Shown here: positions 7,758 to 11,240 of the stretch, in pieces
Position numbering within the stretch: the stretch's first letter is position 1
How the letters are laid out: each line of letters starts with the position of its first letter
Origin: Candidatus Hadarchaeum sp.
GTDB lineage: Archaea > Hadarchaeota > Hadarchaeia > Hadarchaeales > Hadarchaeaceae
Assembly: GCF_049969415.1 (NCBI RefSeq)
Contig: NZ_JBMFOX010000033.1
Location: 1 to 11,240 of the forward strand
Direction: 5' to 3'
DNA length: 11,240 nt
Position numbers and translations under genes: made by a program
The notes under the pieces: model-generated
Told to the model about the DNA's origin: nothing
The model's database searches: none
The model's input: the letters and a program-made list of their open reading frames with translations, nothing else

Positions 7758-8651
7758 CTAGCGTGAGCCGATGATGTACTGGTTTATGGCGTCTTTAATT
7801 TTCACGCCGGGTGGAACCATCACCATTTGAATTCCGAATTGGCCAGCAACAGCAGACACGTTAGGGCCAAATCTCCCGGCCAAGATATGCCCCACGCCTT
7901 CGGCGGCGAGCATCTGAACCACGGCTATCCCAACTCCGCTTGGCGAAGAGATAAATTGGTTAGGTAGGATCTTCACACTTTTGATATCTTTACCATCGAT
8001 TTCCACGATAGTGAAGTTCGGACATCTGCCAAACATGGGCGACACCATGTCGTCGAGCCCTCCCGGTCCTTGGCTTGCAACACCTACCTTAAAGCGGCCT
8101 GTCGGTGGAGGAGAAGGCTTCGGCGTTTGTTGCGGAGGATATTGCGTTGATGGAACCATCGGCGGGTAAGGGCCCATTCCCCCTCCCATCCATCCCCACA
8201 TTCCACGTCCCATACCCATTCCTCGGCCCATTCCCATCCCGGGACCAAAAGGGAACATAACGGGAGTCGGAGATGATTCAGCTCCTTCCTTGGATTCTTT
8301 GCAGGCGTCCTCCAGTGAAGCCAGCTTGGCCTTGTCTTCAACCAGTTCATTCACGGCTTCTTTGACTGTTTCAGCCGAGGTCATGTAAACACCGATACCG
8401 CTCTGCGCAAGAAGTTGCATCGCCTTGGGCCCCATTCCCCGTGTCACTACTGCGTCCACGCCGCTGGATGCCAAGATCTCAGCTGGAGTTTTATCGTAAC
8501 CAAAATGAGTTCCCCGGTTGTCGATGATGCTCACGCCGACTATTTTACTATTCTTGAGCTCCACTACGGTGAATACGTCGCAACGGCCGAGGTGAGGGGA
8601 GATTGTCGCATCGAGTCCGCCAGGCGTGTTTGATGGTATGGCTATTTTCAT
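7758..8651 (-). CDS. Tandem NifB/NifX-family (IPR003731, IssA-like) protein with G/M/R- and P-rich linker
   Basis: Domain 1: MKIAIP..ISPHLGRCDVF..GMGPKA..GIGVY. Domain 2: KVGVAS..VSPMFGRCPNF..GVGIAVVQ..GRFGPN. Linker: GMGMGRGMGMGRGMWGWMGGGMG followed by a Pro-rich stretch. Confidence 0.9.
   Translation of the reverse strand: MKIAIPSNTPGGLDATISPHLGRCDVFTVVELKNSKIVGVSIIDNRGTHFGYDKTPAEILASSGVDAVVTRGMGPKAMQLLAQSGIGVYMTSAETVKEAVNELVEDKAKLASLEDACKESKEGAESSPTPVMFPFGPGMGMGRGMGMGRGMWGWMGGGMGPYPPMVPSTQYPPQQTPKPSPPPTGRFKVGVASQGPGGLDDMVSPMFGRCPNFTIVEIDGKDIKSVKILPNQFISSPSGVGIAVVQMLAAEGVGHILAGRFGPNVSAVAGQFGIQMVMVPPGVKIKDAINQYIIGSR
8172..8240 (-). repeat. Coding low-complexity repeat (GMGMGR)x2-GMWGWMGGGMG
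   Basis: Imperfect GGRATGGG-type repeats inside the NifX-like gene. Confidence 0.7.
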
Positions 8652-8694
8652 GGCGATTCTACATCCTTGATTTTGTAATGGCGTTGTTCACGCT

Positions 8695-8979
8695 TTACTC
8701 TTTCTTGGTCAGTGCTCCCTTAAGTTCACTTATCCTAGCCTCGACGCCTTTGAGTTCCTCCTCGAGCTCTGCCTTGTATGCCTCCAGAGCTTCGATCTCC
8801 TGCTCCGGCGTCGGTGGAGAAGGCACGAACGGCGGAAGTGGGTAGTAAGGTGCCGCTGGGGGTTGTTGTGCAGGTTGCGAGGGTCGCTGCGGCGCTTGCG
8901 CGTATGGCGGATAGGGTGGATACATCACGTATGGATTTATGTACCACCACCAGCATCTCCAACCTCTAGGCCACCACAT
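8695..8979 (-). CDS. DUF5320-like small protein: W-rich N-terminus, P/Y/Q-rich middle, C-terminal coiled coil
   Basis: Likely start ATG 8979 after a strong AAGGAGGT RBS. 94 aa: MWWPRGWRCWWW...PEQEIEALEAYKAELEEELKGVEARISELK. Confidence 0.82.
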   Translation of the reverse strand: MWWPRGWRCWWWYINPYVMYPPYPPYAQAPQRPSQPAQQPPAAPYYPLPPFVPSPPTPEQEIEALEAYKAELEEELKGVEARISELKGALTKKE

Positions 8980-9007
8980 TTTTTCTAACCTCCTTTCATT
9001 TTGTTTG

Positions 9008-9265
9008 TCAATATCCCGGGTAGGGGTACTGCGGATAGGTCGCGTAGGGGTATCCGTAGGTGCCTGGATAAGCCCACCACCACCTCGGAAGCCATGGGAA
9101 TCTAGCACAGACCCAAGGGTTCCACCACCAACCTCTGCCGAAACCGTACAACCATCCCGGCCTCTGCCAAGGCGGTAAATAGCTGAAAGGACCCCTACCA
9201 GGCCAAGGCCCAAACCAGCCGCGACCACCTCGACCTATTCCCCAACCGAAACCTGGCCACCACAT
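9008..9265 (-). CDS. W/G/P/Y-rich low-complexity small protein (resembles the N-terminal part of DUF5320-like proteins)
   Basis: 85 aa with a GAGGTGG RBS, first gene after a BRE/TATA promoter. Motifs GPWPGRGPFSYLPPWQRPGW and CARFPWLPRWWW. Confidence 0.8.
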   Translation of the reverse strand: MWWPGFGWGIGRGGRGWFGPWPGRGPFSYLPPWQRPGWLYGFGRGWWWNPWVCARFPWLPRWWWAYPGTYGYPYATYPQYPYPGY

Positions 9266-9280
9266 ATTTTACCACCTCTG

Positions 9281-9300
9281 TTTTGTGTTATTGCACATAA
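9281..9300. promoter_or_regulatory. Palindromic operator copy 2 (TTTTGTGT-TATT-GCACATAA)
   Basis: Most symmetric copy; lies between the TATA box and the RBS of the 9265 gene. Confidence 0.78.
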
Positions 9301-9302
9301 TT

Positions 9303-9317
9303 ATATTTAAGCTTTTC
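9303..9317 (-). promoter_or_regulatory. Archaeal BRE/TATA promoter of the 9265-5375 operon
   Basis: Minus strand reads GAAAAGC-TTAAATAT, ending 38 nt upstream of ATG 9265. Confidence 0.75.
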
Positions 9318-9325
9318 GATGGTTT

Positions 9326-10189
9326 TTACAATGAGACAACATCACCGGTTCTAAGCTGCCTGCACTTCTCCCCGAAGACTTCGATAAACTTTGCAATTGC
9401 TTTCTCTCCGGTACAATGACACGGCATGATGGCTTTCACACCAGCCCTTTGGAGTTCCCCGACGGTTGCTCCTATCCTTTTAGCGCTCGCGTTCGCCAAG
9501 TGAAAACCCCCAATCACAGCATGCACTCTCTTCGAACCTGTCGCCTTCTGAGCCTGCTTGATGGTGTTAATCAAACCTGCGTGAGCGCAACCCGTGATTA
9601 TCACCGATCCTTTACTCCTGACTGTCACGAAAAGTGCCTGATCATCTATCATGTGATCATCGACTAGCTTGCCCCCTTTTGTGGTCTTGAATCCTTTGAC
9701 CCTTTCCAATTGGCTGGTCCTTTTAATCTCTCCGCTTACCAAAACTCCAGGCATTATGGATGTTTGTCCTCGTTTCAGGATTAAGATGCCGCCCGATTTC
9801 TTCAGCTCTGAGGCCTGAAAGGGGATGCCAGCTTTTTTGAGACGTTTCTTCTTCATCACGAATTTTGGCTCGAGCGCTCCCGGATGAGCTATCACCGGCA
9901 CTTTCCGGCCGATGTGTTTCAGGATGCCCAAGAGTCCGCCGGTGTGGTCGTAGTGCCCATGGCTCAGCACAATCGAATCTACCTTTCTCAACTCGATGCC
10001 TAGTTTCTGGGCATTTTGCATGACGATATCCGCAGATGGCCCGGTATCCATCAGCAAGTTGGTCGTATGTCCTCCAGCTTTCAGCTCGATGAAAAATGAT
10101 AGCCCGTGCTTGGCGGCGAGTTCTGACTGGAGCTGGTTTTTGAAATCATCGACCAAGACCGTGAGCCGCATCCCATCGACTTGGCTCAA
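9326..10189 (-). CDS. MBL-fold metallo-hydrolase (COG1237 / MJ0301-like)
   Basis: HGLSF, LMDTG, LSHGHYDHTGG, DDQAL, TGCAHAG, IGGFHL, PCHCTG. Its TTG start overlaps the DUF134 stop. Confidence 0.92.
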   Translation of the reverse strand: MSQVDGMRLTVLVDDFKNQLQSELAAKHGLSFFIELKAGGHTTNLLMDTGPSADIVMQNAQKLGIELRKVDSIVLSHGHYDHTGGLLGILKHIGRKVPVIAHPGALEPKFVMKKKRLKKAGIPFQASELKKSGGILILKRGQTSIMPGVLVSGEIKRTSQLERVKGFKTTKGGKLVDDHMIDDQALFVTVRSKGSVIITGCAHAGLINTIKQAQKATGSKRVHAVIGGFHLANASAKRIGATVGELQRAGVKAIMPCHCTGEKAIAKFIEVFGEKCRQLRTGDVVSL

Positions 10190-10536
10190 ATACCCCTCTC
10201 CTCTGAAGGCGGGGGAGGTGCAGGCGTGATCACGAGTGGACGGCGTTCGACGAGCATACAGGCAACCTTTTTCCTAGCACTTTCCAAGCAGCGCCACACC
10301 GTCCCCCGCGAGACTTTCATTCGTTTGGCAGCCTCCTCCTGGTTCAGCCCTTCGTGATAGATGAGACAGAATGCCTCGAGCTCATCGTATGTCATGTAGA
10401 TGGGCTCGCCTCCTGATACTGGCAGATTATCCGGGCCAATGGGTGCAAACCCTGCTACTTCCAACATCACGCGGACGAACCTAGGTTTCATTGGCCTCCC
10501 AGGCCCAAGCCGTCGCCAACACCATCTTCGACGCAT
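10186..10536 (-). CDS. DUF134 (UPF0251) HTH DNA-binding protein, probable regulator of the cluster
   Basis: GRPMKPR, FAP, DELEAFCL..EGLNQEEAAKRMKVSRGTVWRCLESARKKVA..LVE. Confidence 0.92.
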   Translation of the reverse strand: MRRRWCWRRLGPGRPMKPRFVRVMLEVAGFAPIGPDNLPVSGGEPIYMTYDELEAFCLIYHEGLNQEEAAKRMKVSRGTVWRCLESARKKVACMLVERRPLVITPAPPPPSEERGI

Positions 10537-10551
10537 GTAAATCTGTATAAT

Positions 10552-10571
10552 TTTTGTTCATTTGCACGTAA
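10552..10571. promoter_or_regulatory. Palindromic operator copy 3 (TTTTGTTC-ATTT-GCACGTAA) upstream of the DUF134 gene
   Basis: Ends 15 nt before ATG 10536 and overlaps a BRE/TATA-like GGAAATC-TTTTAC on the minus strand. Confidence 0.72.
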
Positions 10572-10600
10572 AAGATTTCCTATTGTTTGGGCCAGTTTTT

Positions 10601-11004
10601 CTACAAGCCAAACGGGTTCAGGTGATAAATTATGCTACCGACCGCTACTGCTAATAGGAAAGTTCCGGCGGGTATCGCGATCGCATCCTTCTATCCCAGC
10701 TCTCCCGCCAAAACAGCGACCATGGCTATGCAGGGCACGTAGATCGCCACCACCAGCGCAAACACGAAAACTGGAGTGCGTTCATCAAGCTAGCAAGACC
10801 TGCCGGACCAGCGAGGGACACGAGCAGCACGAGTGCTCCTTCTTTGCGGATGAAGCCGTAGATCAAGGGAATGATGGCAACGGCGGGGAGACCGAGCAGG
10901 CCAGTAGTGAAGGGCGCAAGCGGCCCAGTTATCGAATTCAGCACACCCGAGACATGGAGGATACCTATCACAAAGCTGCCCACGAGCAGCAAAGGCACCG
11001 CGAT
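10601..11004 (-). pseudogene. feoB: Ferrous iron transporter FeoB, C-terminal membrane fragment, inactivated
   Basis: Reads IAVPLLLVGSFVIGIL..PLAPFTTGLLGLP..IYGFIRKE..MNALQF, then a frameshift at 10767-10770, then VFALVVAIYVPCIAMVAVLAGELG*KDA..YHLNPFGL*. Premature TAG at 10691-10693 replaces the usual Trp. No GTPase or N-terminal part upstream (in-frame TAA at 11008-11010). Confidence 0.85.
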
Positions 11005-11099
11005 TGGTTAGTCGGGTTACGAAGAATAAAGCAGGCGCAGAGGGGATCCAATTCGACAAAATAATCACAGCCAGCAATTTCTTTGATTTTTTGTTTTCG

Positions 11100-11120
11100 C
11101 CGGGTTCAAATCCCGGGGAC
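11100..11120 (+). other. Isolated tRNA T-arm fragment (possible att-site scar)
   Basis: CCGGG-TTCAAAT-CCCGG is a perfect T-stem/loop, with no D-arm, anticodon arm or matching acceptor 5' strand upstream. Confidence 0.55.
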
Positions 11121-11240
11121 GATATGATTATACCCTTTGCAGCACGCACGCAAAAAACGGGATGCTTCGTTTTTGTGTTCGAAAGCAGGTTTTGTTTTTG
11201 AAATCAGGCGCCGGCGAACACTTGACGAACCCCGCCCCGT

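Noticed and set aside
7176-7766. Long antisense ORFs (also 492-815, 1445-1918, 4259-4648, 5280-5726, 6481-6921)
   Set aside because: They are shadows of well-supported minus-strand genes and have no motifs of their own.
7758-8651. Nitrogen fixation (nif) cluster
   Set aside because: NifX-like domains and P-loop ATPases are present, but there is no nifH, nifD, nifK or radical-SAM nifB in the window.
8980-9228. N-terminal extension giving the 177-aa ORF 8695-9228
   Set aside because: It overlaps the 9008-9265 gene in another frame, and a strong RBS marks ATG 8979 as the start.
9008-9265. Trp attenuator leader peptide
   Set aside because: It is too long, no trp genes follow, and no terminator/antiterminator pair is evident.
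10691-10693. Pyrrolysine or amber readthrough in feoB
   Set aside because: The same fragment also has a frameshift and a 5' truncation, so a simple nonsense mutation explains the TAG.
11050-11125. Complete tRNA gene
   Set aside because: Only the T-arm is present; the upstream T-rich sequence cannot form D, anticodon or acceptor stems.
10790-11201. ORFs 10790-11149 (-) and 11004-11201 (+)
   Set aside because: They have no recognisable motifs or RBS, and they run across the feoB remnant and the non-coding T-rich region.

Overview
Archaeal-type window (BRE/TATA promoters, GGAGG/GGTG RBSs, roughly 50% GC; Bathyarchaeia-like gene content is my inference). It is dominated by a minus-strand Fe-S/metal-handling cluster: DUF134 HTH regulator, MBL-fold hydrolase, two small W/G/P/Y-rich proteins that both start MWWP (DUF5320-like), a tandem NifB/NifX (IssA-like) protein, two MinD-like ATPases with 2x[4Fe-4S] inserts, a CxxC..CxxC zinc-ribbon microprotein, a DUF77 protein and a CoA-disulfide reductase/NADH oxidase-like flavoprotein. 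A separate Mrp/NBP35 + DUF364 unit follows, with three SAM-binding genes in between. A 20-bp palindrome (TTWTGTGC-N4-GCACAWAA-like) lies in three promoters, including that of the DUF134 gene, which suggests a DUF134 regulon. The left edge is a pyruvoyl-dependent arginine decarboxylase split by a -1 frameshift at a C-CCA-AAT slippery heptamer. The right edge holds a decayed feoB 3' fragment next to an isolated tRNA T-arm (possible att scar). All family calls are from motif recognition; no database searches were run.
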